A stretch of 64,000 nt of DNA from an uncultured Elusimicrobia bacterium. Its GTDB lineage: Bacteria > Elusimicrobiota > Elusimicrobia > UBA1565. The stretch spans positions 28,080 through 92,079 of the forward strand of contig CAYHRV010000001.1 in assembly GCA_964359165.1 (NCBI GenBank), read 5' to 3'. Numbering within the stretch: the first letter of the stretch is position 1; each line of letters opens with the position of its first letter. The notes below the pieces were generated by a model that was not told the DNA's origin, searched no databases, and saw nothing but the letters and a program-made list of their open reading frames with translations. The translations under genes were made by a program, and so were the position numbers. Below, in pieces: positions 34,727-44,123 of this stretch.

Positions 34727-35602
34727 ATGAAGCCTAGTCTGAGGGTGATCCCGCGGCTCGACATCAAGGGCCCCAACCTCGTCAAAGGCGTCCACCTCGA
34801 GGGCCTCCGGGTCCTTGGCAAGCCGGATCGCTTCGCGCGCCACTATTATGAGAACGGCGCCGATGAGCTCTTGTACATGGACATCGTCGCGAGCCTCTAT
34901 GGCCGCAACAACCTGCTGGACATGGTCCGCCGGACCGCGCGGGAAGTCTTCATCCCGTTGACTGTCGGCGGCGGCCTGCGCAGCCTCGACGACATCCGCG
35001 AGATGCTGCGGGCGGGGGCCGACAAGGTGGCGCTGAACACCGCCGCGGTCCGCCGGCCCGAGTTGATCCGCGAGGCGTCGCGCAAGTTCGGCTCCTCGAC
35101 GATCGTGGTCTCGATCGAGGCGATCCGGCGCGCCGACGGCGTCTACGAGGCCTACACGGACAACGGGCGCGAGAAGACGGGGCTCGAGGCGGTTGCGTGG
35201 GCGAAGAAGGCCGCGGAACTTGGAGCCGGCGAGATTTTGGTGACCTCGATCGACCGCGAAGGGACCGGAGAGGGCTTCGACCTCGAGTTGACGCGGACGA
35301 TCTCGCGGGCCGTCCCGCTCCCGGTGATCGCCTGCGGCGGGGCCGGCTCCGTCGAGCACGCGCTCTCGGCCGCCCGCGAGGGCGAGGCCCAGGCGGTCTG
35401 CGTCGCGTCGGTCCTCCACTACGAGCTGCTGAAGAATCATCCGGTCGAGGAGAGCTTCGCCGAGGGCGTCAACACGGCGCACCTGCGCCAGGGGTCCGGC
35501 TTCGGCCGGATCCGCGAGGCGTCGCTGCCCCGCCTGAAGGCCTACCTCCGCGAGAACGGGATAGATTGCCGGCACGATCCCAAGGTCGACGCCCATGCCT
35601 GA
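34727..35602 (+). CDS. hisF: Imidazole-glycerol-phosphate-synthase cyclase-subunit paralogue (HisF-like)
   Basis: RVIPRLDIKG N-terminus and (beta/alpha)8 repeat pattern. Sits in a glycan locus beside HisH-like and PP-loop amidotransferase genes. Confidence 0.85.
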   Translation: MKPSLRVIPRLDIKGPNLVKGVHLEGLRVLGKPDRFARHYYENGADELLYMDIVASLYGRNNLLDMVRRTAREVFIPLTVGGGLRSLDDIREMLRAGADKVALNTAAVRRPELIREASRKFGSSTIVVSIEAIRRADGVYEAYTDNGREKTGLEAVAWAKKAAELGAGEILVTSIDREGTGEGFDLELTRTISRAVPLPVIACGGAGSVEHALSAAREGEAQAVCVASVLHYELLKNHPVEESFAEGVNTAHLRQGSGFGRIREASLPRLKAYLRENGIDCRHDPKVDAHA

Positions 35603-36260
35603 GCGACGGCGCGTCGCGATCGTCGACTTCGGCCTTGGCAACCTATTCAGCGTACTACGCGCCTGCGAGGAGGCGGGCGCGAAGGCGGCGATCACCTCCG
35701 CCCCCGCCGATGTCGCCGCCGCCGATGGGATCGTGCTGCCCGGCGTCGGCGCCTTCGGGGACGCGATGAAGGCGCTCGAGGCTTCCGGGATGTCGAAAGC
35801 CTTGAAGGCCGCGGTCTCCGGCGGCAAGCCCCTGCTCGGGATCTGCCTCGGGATGCAGCTGCTGATGGAGGAGAGTTCCGAGTTCGGAAGGCACGAGGGA
35901 CTCGGCCTGATCCCCGGGCGCGTCGTGCGCTTCCCTGAGACGACCGACGGGGAGCCGCTGAAGGTCCCACACATCGGTTGGAGCCGCTTGATCACCGGCT
36001 CGCCGACCCGCTTCGCGAAGACGCCGCTGGAGGGCCTCGCCGACGGCGCCTACATGTATTTCGTTCATTCCTATTACGTCGCGCCCGCTGACCCGGCGGT
36101 CGTCGTCAGCCGCTCCCGCTATGCGTCGGTCGAGTTCTGCTCGAGCCTGGCCTGGGGGAGCGTCGTCGCCTGCCAGTTCCACCCCGAGCGCAGCGGTCCC
36201 GACGGCATCCGGATCTATCGGAACTGGCTTTCCCGCCTCCCGGAGGCGGCGCACAGATGA
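35595..36260 (+). CDS. hisH: Class I glutamine amidotransferase (HisH-like)
   Basis: VAIVDFGLGNLFSV, nucleophile elbow ICLGMQLL, C-terminal QFHPE. Confidence 0.85.
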   Translation: MPERRRVAIVDFGLGNLFSVLRACEEAGAKAAITSAPADVAAADGIVLPGVGAFGDAMKALEASGMSKALKAAVSGGKPLLGICLGMQLLMEESSEFGRHEGLGLIPGRVVRFPETTDGEPLKVPHIGWSRLITGSPTRFAKTPLEGLADGAYMYFVHSYYVAPADPAVVVSRSRYASVEFCSSLAWGSVVACQFHPERSGPDGIRIYRNWLSRLPEAAHR

Positions 36261-37531
36261 AGTCGACTCAGACACCGGCCGAGCTCGATGCCAAGTACGG
36301 CCTGCCGGCCGATGTGAAGTTCTGCCGTCTTTGCGTGATGTCCAACCAGAAGCCCAACGCGGCCGTCGAGTACGCGCACACGAAGGACTCGAAGAAGGCG
36401 ACGGTGCACTTCGACGCCGACGGGGTGTGCGACGCCTGCCGCTACATGGAGAAGAAGCGCAAGACGATCGACTGGGACGCGCGCGACGCCGAGCTGCGCG
36501 CCCTCTGCGAGCGCTACCGCAAGACGGACGGCTCCTATGACTGCCTCGTGCCGGGCTCGGGCGGCAAGGACAGCTTCTACGCCGCGCATGTCCTGAAGTA
36601 CAAGTATGGGATGCACCCGCTGACCGTCACCTGGGCGCCGCACATCTACACCGACTGGGGCTGGAAGAACCAGCAGGCCTGGATCCACGCCGGCTTCGAC
36701 AACCTCCTCTGCACCCCGAACGGGCGGGTCCACCGGCTGCTGACCCGCCTCGCCGTCGAGAACCTCTACCATCCCTTCCAGCCCTTCATCATCGGCCAGA
36801 AGGCCCTGGCCCCGAAGATGGCCGCGCGCTACGAGATCCCGCTCGTCTTCTACGGCGAGTACGAGGCCGAGTACGGCAACCCGATCGCCGAGACGAGATC
36901 CGCCCAGAGGGACTGGTCGTATTTCACGGTCCCCGATAAGAGCAAGATCTTCCTCGGCGGCGCCGCGCTCAAGGATCTAGAGGACAATTACGGCCTCGAG
37001 CCCAACGACTTCGCGCCCTACCTGCCGGGGAACCCGGAGGACCTCAAGCGCGTCGGCGTGCAGGTGCACTACCTGGGCTATTACCTCAAGTGGCACCCGC
37101 AGAGCTGCTATTACTACGCGGTCGAGCACGGCGGCTTCCAAGCCTCGCCCGAGCGGACGCCCGGGACCTACAGCAAGTACAACAGCATCGACGACCGGAT
37201 GGATGACCTCTTCTACTACACGACCTTCATCAAGTTCGGGATCGGCCGCGCGACCTACGATGCCGCCCAGGAGATCCGCTCCGGCGACATCACGCGCGAG
37301 GAGGGCGTCGCGCTGGTGCGGCGCTTCGACGGCGAGTGGCCGGCGCGCTTTGACGAGCAGCTCTTCACCTACCTCAGCATGCCCCCCAAGGAGTTCCCGA
37401 CGGCCCACAAGATGTTCGAGTCGCCGGTGATGACGCGCGTGCGCTTCGACGCGCTCGCCGACCGCTTCCGGTCGCCGCACCTCTGGGAGAAGAAAGGGGC
37501 GGAGTGGGTCCTCCGCCACCGCGTCAGCTAG
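36257..37531 (+). CDS. N-acetyl-sugar amidotransferase (PP-loop, WbpG/PseA-like)
   Basis: Zn-ribbon-like CRLC...CDAC, then PP-loop CLVPGSGGKDS. Confidence 0.8.
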   Translation: MKSTQTPAELDAKYGLPADVKFCRLCVMSNQKPNAAVEYAHTKDSKKATVHFDADGVCDACRYMEKKRKTIDWDARDAELRALCERYRKTDGSYDCLVPGSGGKDSFYAAHVLKYKYGMHPLTVTWAPHIYTDWGWKNQQAWIHAGFDNLLCTPNGRVHRLLTRLAVENLYHPFQPFIIGQKALAPKMAARYEIPLVFYGEYEAEYGNPIAETRSAQRDWSYFTVPDKSKIFLGGAALKDLEDNYGLEPNDFAPYLPGNPEDLKRVGVQVHYLGYYLKWHPQSCYYYAVEHGGFQASPERTPGTYSKYNSIDDRMDDLFYYTTFIKFGIGRATYDAAQEIRSGDITREEGVALVRRFDGEWPARFDEQLFTYLSMPPKEFPTAHKMFESPVMTRVRFDALADRFRSPHLWEKKGAEWVLRHRVS

Positions 37532-39188
37532 TCCGCGCCTCTAGGAAGTCCCGCATCAGCCGGCCGAGCCGGTCCGCGGCCGCCGGCTCCTCGCCGGAGA
37601 CGTCCTTCCTGAAGTCCCGCGAGCGGAAGAGTTCGGTCTTGGCGGGGTCGGCGTCGAAGCGGCCCTCGTCGTCGACCTTCCCGCCGGTCTCCAGGTAGAA
37701 GTCGTAGTCCCGGTCCTTGACCGTCGCCTTGTAGGTCGCGCCGGGGAAGAACGATTCGCATACGATATGGTCGCGCGCGGCGGGACCCCCGAAGACCGCG
37801 GGCAGCCGGCCGTCCAGCCGCGCCCCGGCCTCGACCCCGGCGAAATGCAGCAGAGCCGGCAGCACGTCGATGTTCTGGACGAGCTCGGGGCAGCTCCCCG
37901 CGGGGACCCCGCCGCCGCGCAGCAGCCACGGCACGTGGGTGCGCTCGCGCGAGAGGATGTGCGGGTCGCCGGTGATGTAGCTCGTTCCATGGTCGGCGAC
38001 CAGGGCCACCAGTATCTCGTCCTCCGAGTAGCGGTCCTGCAGCAGCGAGAAGACCTGGCTCAGGTAGAAATCGACCTTGTTGAGCTCCCGCAGGCAGCGC
38101 TCGGTCTTCGGAGGGTCGGCCTCGACGGCCGGAACCGACTTCTTCTTGGACTGCGTGTAGTCGTGGGCCTGCAGCGTGTAGCGCAGTTGGTCCCCGAGGT
38201 CGGGCACCGCGTTGATCGTGTGGTGGAGATCGAAGTAGCTCAGCCACGCGAAGGTGTCGCGCCGCGGGAAGGCGCGCATCTGGTCGAAGAAGGCGTAGTT
38301 GATCTCCTTCAAAGACGCCTGGCGCTTGTAGACCGTGCGGTCGAAGCCGCGCGCGTAGCCGTAGGAGGGGGTCTTCCTCCAGTTGCCGCAGGCCTGGAAG
38401 GTCAGGTAGCCGTCATCTTGGAAGAGCTCGCTCGCGATCGGGTAGTCGCCGAAGGAGACGTCGCGCTCGGCGTGGAACATCCGGTGGCGCGCGACGCGCA
38501 AGCCCGTGTGGAGGCTCGCCAGGCCCGGCAGAGACCACTCCGAGGGCACGTGGCAGTCGGTAAACATCGTCCCCTTTGCGAAGAAGCGGTGGATGTTCGG
38601 CGCCGCCTCCTCGAGCGGGTGGAGCTTGAAGAGCTCCTGCGTGAGCCCGTCCACGAAGAGGCAGAGCACGAGGCGCTTCCTGCGTGGCCGGGCCTGGGTC
38701 AGCGGAATCGGGCGCCCGAGGACGAGGTCGCAGGAGGAGGAGAGCTCGATCTCGGTCTTGTCCTTGAAGCAAAGATAGTAGAAGCGCTCGGCGACCTGGC
38801 CGCCGAGGGCGTGCTCCCGGCCGTTGGCCTTGACCTTGATTGAGTAGCCCTTCTCACGGTCGAGCTTGCCGGGCTTGATCAGCCGGTAGGGGAGGGCGGC
38901 GTCCGTCACGGTCAGCCGCTGGACCTCGCCGGCCCGGACGCGGCGCCCCCAAAGGAGCTCAAGTTGGGGCGCGAATGGGTCGAGATAGTAGGGGGGGTTC
39001 TGGAGCTCGTTGTAGAAGCCCGACCAGAAGCCCTGCAGGCCGTCCGGGCTGAACAGGGGCTTGAAGAGATAGTTCTGCCAGGCCCTGCCGAGCGGGAAAG
39101 CGGTGTTGCCTCGGTTCCAGTTGTAGCGCTTGCGGTAGAAGAGGTCGAGCCCCACCGAGAACAGGGCCTCGAGGACGGGGTTGGCCAT
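37524..39188 (-). CDS. Alkaline-phosphatase-superfamily (sulfatase/phosphotransferase-like) protein
   Basis: LVLCLFVDGLTQ (metal/nucleophile region with Thr, no CxPxR) and LVADHGTSY. Confidence 0.6.
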   Translation of the reverse strand: MANPVLEALFSVGLDLFYRKRYNWNRGNTAFPLGRAWQNYLFKPLFSPDGLQGFWSGFYNELQNPPYYLDPFAPQLELLWGRRVRAGEVQRLTVTDAALPYRLIKPGKLDREKGYSIKVKANGREHALGGQVAERFYYLCFKDKTEIELSSSCDLVLGRPIPLTQARPRRKRLVLCLFVDGLTQELFKLHPLEEAAPNIHRFFAKGTMFTDCHVPSEWSLPGLASLHTGLRVARHRMFHAERDVSFGDYPIASELFQDDGYLTFQACGNWRKTPSYGYARGFDRTVYKRQASLKEINYAFFDQMRAFPRRDTFAWLSYFDLHHTINAVPDLGDQLRYTLQAHDYTQSKKKSVPAVEADPPKTERCLRELNKVDFYLSQVFSLLQDRYSEDEILVALVADHGTSYITGDPHILSRERTHVPWLLRGGGVPAGSCPELVQNIDVLPALLHFAGVEAGARLDGRLPAVFGGPAARDHIVCESFFPGATYKATVKDRDYDFYLETGGKVDDEGRFDADPAKTELFRSRDFRKDVSGEEPAAADRLGRLMRDFLEARTS

Positions 39189-39736
39189 CAGGGCTTGCGC
39201 GCCGCGAGGCGCTCGGCCAGGAAGGCGAAGAGGCGACCGGCCGACGCCTCGGGCGTCTCGCCGCCGTCCCCGGAGCGGACGACGAAGTCAGGGGAGCGAG
39301 GAGGTTCGTACGGAGGGCCGGTCGGCGTGCCGATCACGCCCTCGAGCTCGCGGCGCGAGGCCTTGGCGTAGAGCCCCTTCACGTCGCGCCGCGCGGCCGT
39401 CGCGAGGTCGGCGTCGCAGTGGACCTCGTAGAAGCCCTTGCCGAGCCTGGCCCGGGCCTTCGCGCGCGAGCGGGCGAAGGGCGAGATAATGGGGACCAGG
39501 ATCACGTCGCATGTCCCCCGCAGCGCGGCGCAGCGCTCGGCGATCAGCTCGTTGTTCTTCTCGATGTCGGCGGGCGTGAAGCCGAGCGGCGGGTCGTGGA
39601 GCCGGCGCACCTCGTCGCCGTCGAGGACCTCGACTTCGCGGCCCGCGCCCTCGAGCCTGCGGCTCAGCAGGCCCGCCACCGTGGATTTCCCGGAGCCCGA
39701 GAGGCCGGTGAACCAGACGACGAGGGCGCGCCTCAT
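39188..39736 (-). CDS. cysC: Adenylyl-sulfate (APS) kinase
   Basis: Real start ATG 39736 (ATGA overlap). VWFTGLSGSGKST P-loop. The 693-aa track ORF is an artefactual extension. Confidence 0.9.
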   Translation of the reverse strand: MRRALVVWFTGLSGSGKSTVAGLLSRRLEGAGREVEVLDGDEVRRLHDPPLGFTPADIEKNNELIAERCAALRGTCDVILVPIISPFARSRAKARARLGKGFYEVHCDADLATAARRDVKGLYAKASRRELEGVIGTPTGPPYEPPRSPDFVVRSGDGGETPEASAGRLFAFLAERLAARKP

Positions 39737-41895
39737 TCGACGAAGATCGGCCGCTTGGAGGCGAGCTCCCGGCGGAGCATGTCCTGGACCGGCTTGCGCA
39801 TGAACCAGTCCGGCAAGGCGCGCCCGGACCGGAGGGCCTCCCGGACCTGGGTGCCGCTGATCGTCTCGCGGCCGCCGCCGTTGAGCGCCTCGTAGCGCCC
39901 GCTTTTCGGGTCGTAGCCGATCGCGTCGAAGAAGACCGGGGCGACGCCCAAGTCGCCGAGGCTCTCGAAGAGACGCTGGTTGTCGGCCGGCTTGTAGAAG
40001 TCGGCCACCCCGGTGTGGTCGCGGCCGATGATGAAGTGGGAGCAGCCCATGTTCTTGCGGCACAGCGCGGTGAATACGGCCTCGCGGGGGCCCGCGTAGC
40101 GCGAGTAGGCGGCGAAGCTGCCGACCAGGACCTTGCCCTTTGGGTAGAGGCCGAAATTGAGCATCAGTTGGTAGCTCTGCATGATCGGGCCGGGGAGGAA
40201 GTCCCCGGCCTTCTTGGGCCCGATCGCGGGCGTCACGTAAAGGCCGTCGGCGTGCGTCGCCTCGATGGCGAAGAGCTGGATGTGCTCGTGCACGCGGTGG
40301 ATCGGGTTGCGGGTGTGGAAGCCCACGACGCGGCTCCAGCCCTTGTGCGCGAAGATGTAGCGCGACTGCCAGGGCGTCAGCTCGTAGGGGCGGTGCGGGG
40401 AGGCGCGCCGCTCGATCAGGGTCACCTCGCCGGCCAGGAAGGACTCGCCGCCGCTCCGAAGCTTCGCGACGCCGGGGTGCTCGGCGGAGTCGGTCCCGAA
40501 CCACTTCTTGGCGATCTCCGAGAGCCGGACCGGGTAGACCTCGCGGACGTCGAGCAGGGCGCGCGGCCTGCCTTCGGCGTCCTCGAGGCGCAGGCGCTCG
40601 CCGCGACCGGTCCGCGCCGCGGCCTCGCGGTCGACCTGCAGGACGACGGGTAGAGTCCACGGCGTGCCGTCCGGCAGGCGGTTCCCGGAGAGCACGCTCT
40701 CGAGGGTCCTGCGGTCCATGAAGCCCGTCAGCGGCGAGTAGGTCCCGAAGGCGATCTGCTCGCAGTCCATCAGGTCCGTCTCGCCGACCTTGAGGCCCGT
40801 GAGCTTGCCGAGGCTCGCGAGGTCGGCGGGGCCGGCCTCGCGGTGGACGAGCCTGCCTCCGTGGGGCAGGACGAGCTGTGAGGTCAGCTCCGAGGAGAGA
40901 TGCGGGGCCTCGTCGGGGCTCGCAGCCTCGTGCTCGCGGACGATCTTGACGATCATGCTCGCGCACTGGACCGGGAAGGAGCCGATCGCCGTCTCGGCGG
41001 CCAAGACCAGGCCGTCCGCCCCGTCGGCCAGGGTGTTGAAGACGTCGTTGACCTCGGCGCGGGTCGGGCTGGCGGAGGAGGTCATCGACTCGAGAAGGTT
41101 CGTCGCGACGTAGACCTTGACGCCCCGCGCCTTGCCGCGCTTGATGATGGACTTCTGGGCGCGCGGGATCCGCTCGAGCGGGATCTGGCGCGAGAGGTCG
41201 CCGCGGTCGATCAGCAGGGCGTCGGACTTCTTCGCGATGGCATCGAGGTTCGCGAGGCCGTTGCGGCACTCGATCTTGGAGATCAAGAAGGCGTCCTTCC
41301 CGAAGACCCGGCGCACTTCGTCGACGTCGGAGGCCCGGTTCGCGAAGGACAGGGCCACATGCTTCAAGCCCAGCTCCTTGCCGAGCTCCAGGGCCAGCCG
41401 GTCCTTCCGGGTCAGGGCCGGCAGGTCGACGTCTCGCTCCAGCGTCACGGCCTTGTTCGAGCCGATGACGCCCCCACTGAGGGCCCGGAGCGTCGCGAGG
41501 CCGGGGTGCGTCTCGATCACCTGGAAGAGCACGGAATCGAAGTCGACGGTCAGGAAATCCTCGACCGCCAAGAGATCGACGACGTCCTCGGGATAGAGGT
41601 TGAGGTCGTGCGAGTCGCCGGGGACGGGTTCCGCGTGGACGCGCAGCAGGCCGTTCTCGCGGATCGCGACCTTGCCGTCCACCAGGCTCCCGGTGCGGAT
41701 CTGCGCGCCCTCGGTGTCGAGGCAGACGGGCACCTTGGTGCGGCCCTGCAGGTAGCGGATGATCCCCGCCAGGTCCTCGAAGCGCGTGTGGGAGAGGTTG
41801 ATCCGGAAGAGGCTCGCCCCAAGCGCCTCCAGGCGCGCGACGACCCGGTCGTTGAGCGAGGAAGGGCCCAGCGTGCAGAGCAGTTCCTTGGTCAC
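39733..41895 (-). CDS. Fusion protein: pyruvate-kinase-like barrel (no PK C-terminal domain) plus sulfate adenylyltransferase (ATP sulfurylase)
   Basis: N-terminal half has LGPSS, RINLSHT, LDTEGAQIRTG, ISKIEC, IDRGDLS, NLLESM, PTRAEVNDV, LAAETA. C-terminal half has FHTRNPIHRVHEHI and GRDHTGV. Single uninterrupted frame. Confidence 0.8.
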   Translation of the reverse strand: MTKELLCTLGPSSLNDRVVARLEALGASLFRINLSHTRFEDLAGIIRYLQGRTKVPVCLDTEGAQIRTGSLVDGKVAIRENGLLRVHAEPVPGDSHDLNLYPEDVVDLLAVEDFLTVDFDSVLFQVIETHPGLATLRALSGGVIGSNKAVTLERDVDLPALTRKDRLALELGKELGLKHVALSFANRASDVDEVRRVFGKDAFLISKIECRNGLANLDAIAKKSDALLIDRGDLSRQIPLERIPRAQKSIIKRGKARGVKVYVATNLLESMTSSASPTRAEVNDVFNTLADGADGLVLAAETAIGSFPVQCASMIVKIVREHEAASPDEAPHLSSELTSQLVLPHGGRLVHREAGPADLASLGKLTGLKVGETDLMDCEQIAFGTYSPLTGFMDRRTLESVLSGNRLPDGTPWTLPVVLQVDREAAARTGRGERLRLEDAEGRPRALLDVREVYPVRLSEIAKKWFGTDSAEHPGVAKLRSGGESFLAGEVTLIERRASPHRPYELTPWQSRYIFAHKGWSRVVGFHTRNPIHRVHEHIQLFAIEATHADGLYVTPAIGPKKAGDFLPGPIMQSYQLMLNFGLYPKGKVLVGSFAAYSRYAGPREAVFTALCRKNMGCSHFIIGRDHTGVADFYKPADNQRLFESLGDLGVAPVFFDAIGYDPKSGRYEALNGGGRETISGTQVREALRSGRALPDWFMRKPVQDMLRRELASKRPIFVE

Positions 41896-42611
41896 GGGCG
41901 GAGCTCGAGCTCCTTGACGGCCTCCGGGCTCGCGAAGCAGAAGGTGTTGGTCTTGCCGTGCACGTAATACGAGTACTCGAGCAGGGTGAAGCCCTGGCGC
42001 TCGAACTCGTAGCGCCAGATCCTGGGATAGGGGAGCGCGGCGGGCTGGAGCAGAAGCATGCAGAAGCGGCGCGTCACGCGGCAGATCTCCCGGACCAGCG
42101 GGAAATCGGGAGCGATGAACTCGATCGAGGTGCCGCGCGAGATCGCGACGTCGAAGCGCTTATCCGCGACCTTCGGGAAGAAGGTCTCGAGCGGGCTGGC
42201 GAGAAGCTTGGCGTCGGCCTGGATATGGGGGGCGTAGGTCTTCGAGAAGGCGATCGCGTTGGCGTTGATGTCGACGCCCTGGAGGTCCCGGTAGCCCCGG
42301 TTCCAGAGCTCGACGAGGTTGCGCCCAGAGTTGCAGCAGAGGTCGAGGACGCTCGCGTCCTTGCCGGTGTAGCGCTCGACGCAGTCGGCGAGCAGGCGGG
42401 TCTTCTTGTCGAGCTCGGTGTATTGCTCCGGCCGGTGCATCGGGGAGTCGTTGGTCTTCACGGACCAATCGGCCTGGAAGCGGCTGCGGCGCCGGCTGTA
42501 GTAGGGCGAGAGCAGGGAGTGGGCGGTGGTCGGGAGCAGCGAGTTGAATGCGCGCAGGAAGCGGGCTCTTGGGGTCATAGGGGGATTGTGCAGCCTCGGC
42601 GGGGTGCCCAT
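41892..42611 (-). CDS. Class I SAM-dependent methyltransferase
   Basis: VLDLCCNSGRN SAM motif. Start may be the second Met (MTPRARF). Confidence 0.7.
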   Translation of the reverse strand: MGTPPRLHNPPMTPRARFLRAFNSLLPTTAHSLLSPYYSRRRSRFQADWSVKTNDSPMHRPEQYTELDKKTRLLADCVERYTGKDASVLDLCCNSGRNLVELWNRGYRDLQGVDINANAIAFSKTYAPHIQADAKLLASPLETFFPKVADKRFDVAISRGTSIEFIAPDFPLVREICRVTRRFCMLLLQPAALPYPRIWRYEFERQGFTLLEYSYYVHGKTNTFCFASPEAVKELELRP

Positions 42612-42655
42612 TTTTGATTATATCAATAATCGGAAGTATCTATTCACGGGACTGA

Positions 42656-44092
42656 TTAGTAAATCTCGAAGAGTTTACTGTAAGTGACCGCGGGATGAGT
42701 CAATCCCAGCCTTTCCCGCGATGACTCGCAATCCACGTCTTTCTTTGATACGGCGGCGAGAAATTCGGCGGAAAGATCTTGGTGGCCGATCGTGGCGGCG
42801 CCCTTTATTCCCCGCAGGTCGATATATTGAAGGTAATCAGGATGTGTCAGTTGAACCACGGGGCGTCCGAGCAGGAGAGCCTCTTCCAGCACCGTCGTGC
42901 TCATCCCGATGACAGCAATGGCTCTCGCCAGGGCATCTTTCAATGAGACGCCGGCGGAGACATCCATTAAGCCCTTGCGGAGACATGATTTCATCCATTT
43001 CTTGTCGGCGCGACTGACTTCCGCGTGAGGATGGAGCCGCAGCCTGACGCGCATCGGTGTCGCGGAATTCTCAATAAGCTTTCGCAGGCTCTCGATCAGA
43101 ACATCGTTATCAAAGGCGGCCAAGGCTCCCACAAACAGGTAGCAATCGCCTTTTACTCCCCTAGCAGGGGCCGCATCCTTCCAATGCGAGAAACGGCAGC
43201 TGCACCCCAGAAGGAATTTTGTGGTGCCGTAGTGAGGCGCCAGCAGTTCGATCGCATCATTACTGAATGCGTACATGACATCCGGCAGCATCAGCCCGTT
43301 CTTCCTTTCTTCGGGGCAGCAGAAATACCACCTTTTGCCGGATGAGATCGATGCGTGCTGAACGGCGTATCCCCGCGCATTATATTTGGAAGCGACCCGC
43401 CATACCACGCGCGCATGGGAGTGCATCTCATGGATGCAGCCGATCTTTTTAATGCCGTATTTCTCCACGACCTCCGATAGGGCACGTTCGAGATGGCAAG
43501 CATAAAGCCACTGAAGACTGCCCGCCCATTCAAGCCACAACAACAACAGCAGCATCTTGTCGACAAAGCCGCCTTTCACCCTGATGAATGCCCGGATTCC
43601 TCCCCAGATCATGTTCGACACGATGAACAGTTTGCGGCTGAAGGAGATTCCCTTGATGTCTTTTTCGTTCTTCCCGCAGGTGCCGGCGGGTCCGCAAACA
43701 AAGAGCCCATCATCTTTATCGGTGCGCACATACGATGTCTTATATGCCCCGGTCGAGGTTTCAGAGCCGCAGGTGGACGGCACAACCAGAAGAGTGCCGC
43801 TGATTTTTCCATACACCGCATATTTCAGCGGTTTGAAATTTATCGCCAACTTGACCGCGCCTTTTATGAAGCCGTAGAGAGTCCCAGCCGCGAGATTTAG
43901 AAGAAGCGCAGCCCGGTGCTTCTCCCTGTAGCCGTCATGCCACAGTCGGCACACGTCCGGATTTCGGGCGCTCAGAGGGGAAGCGCATATGAGCGAGGTC
44001 GCGCCCTCATCCGCGGCGCAGGAGGCGGCAGCGAGGAATTCCACGGCCAGATGCTCGATGGGATGAATGAACGAATTCTCGTCGCGCTTCAC
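42656..44092 (-). CDS. Uncharacterised GT-B-like protein (candidate CMP-ulosonic-acid transferase); start uncertain
   Basis: RLRLHPHAEV followed by MSTTVLEEALLLGRPVVQL. Last gene of the lower-G+C operon. GTG 44092 is the first start candidate downstream of the neighbouring stop. Confidence 0.45.
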   Translation of the reverse strand: MKRDENSFIHPIEHLAVEFLAAASCAADEGATSLICASPLSARNPDVCRLWHDGYREKHRAALLLNLAAGTLYGFIKGAVKLAINFKPLKYAVYGKISGTLLVVPSTCGSETSTGAYKTSYVRTDKDDGLFVCGPAGTCGKNEKDIKGISFSRKLFIVSNMIWGGIRAFIRVKGGFVDKMLLLLLWLEWAGSLQWLYACHLERALSEVVEKYGIKKIGCIHEMHSHARVVWRVASKYNARGYAVQHASISSGKRWYFCCPEERKNGLMLPDVMYAFSNDAIELLAPHYGTTKFLLGCSCRFSHWKDAAPARGVKGDCYLFVGALAAFDNDVLIESLRKLIENSATPMRVRLRLHPHAEVSRADKKWMKSCLRKGLMDVSAGVSLKDALARAIAVIGMSTTVLEEALLLGRPVVQLTHPDYLQYIDLRGIKGAATIGHQDLSAEFLAAVSKKDVDCESSRERLGLTHPAVTYSKLFEIY

Positions 44093-44123
44093 GGTGCGCC
44101 AAGAGGCTGCGCGCGAGGGATCA

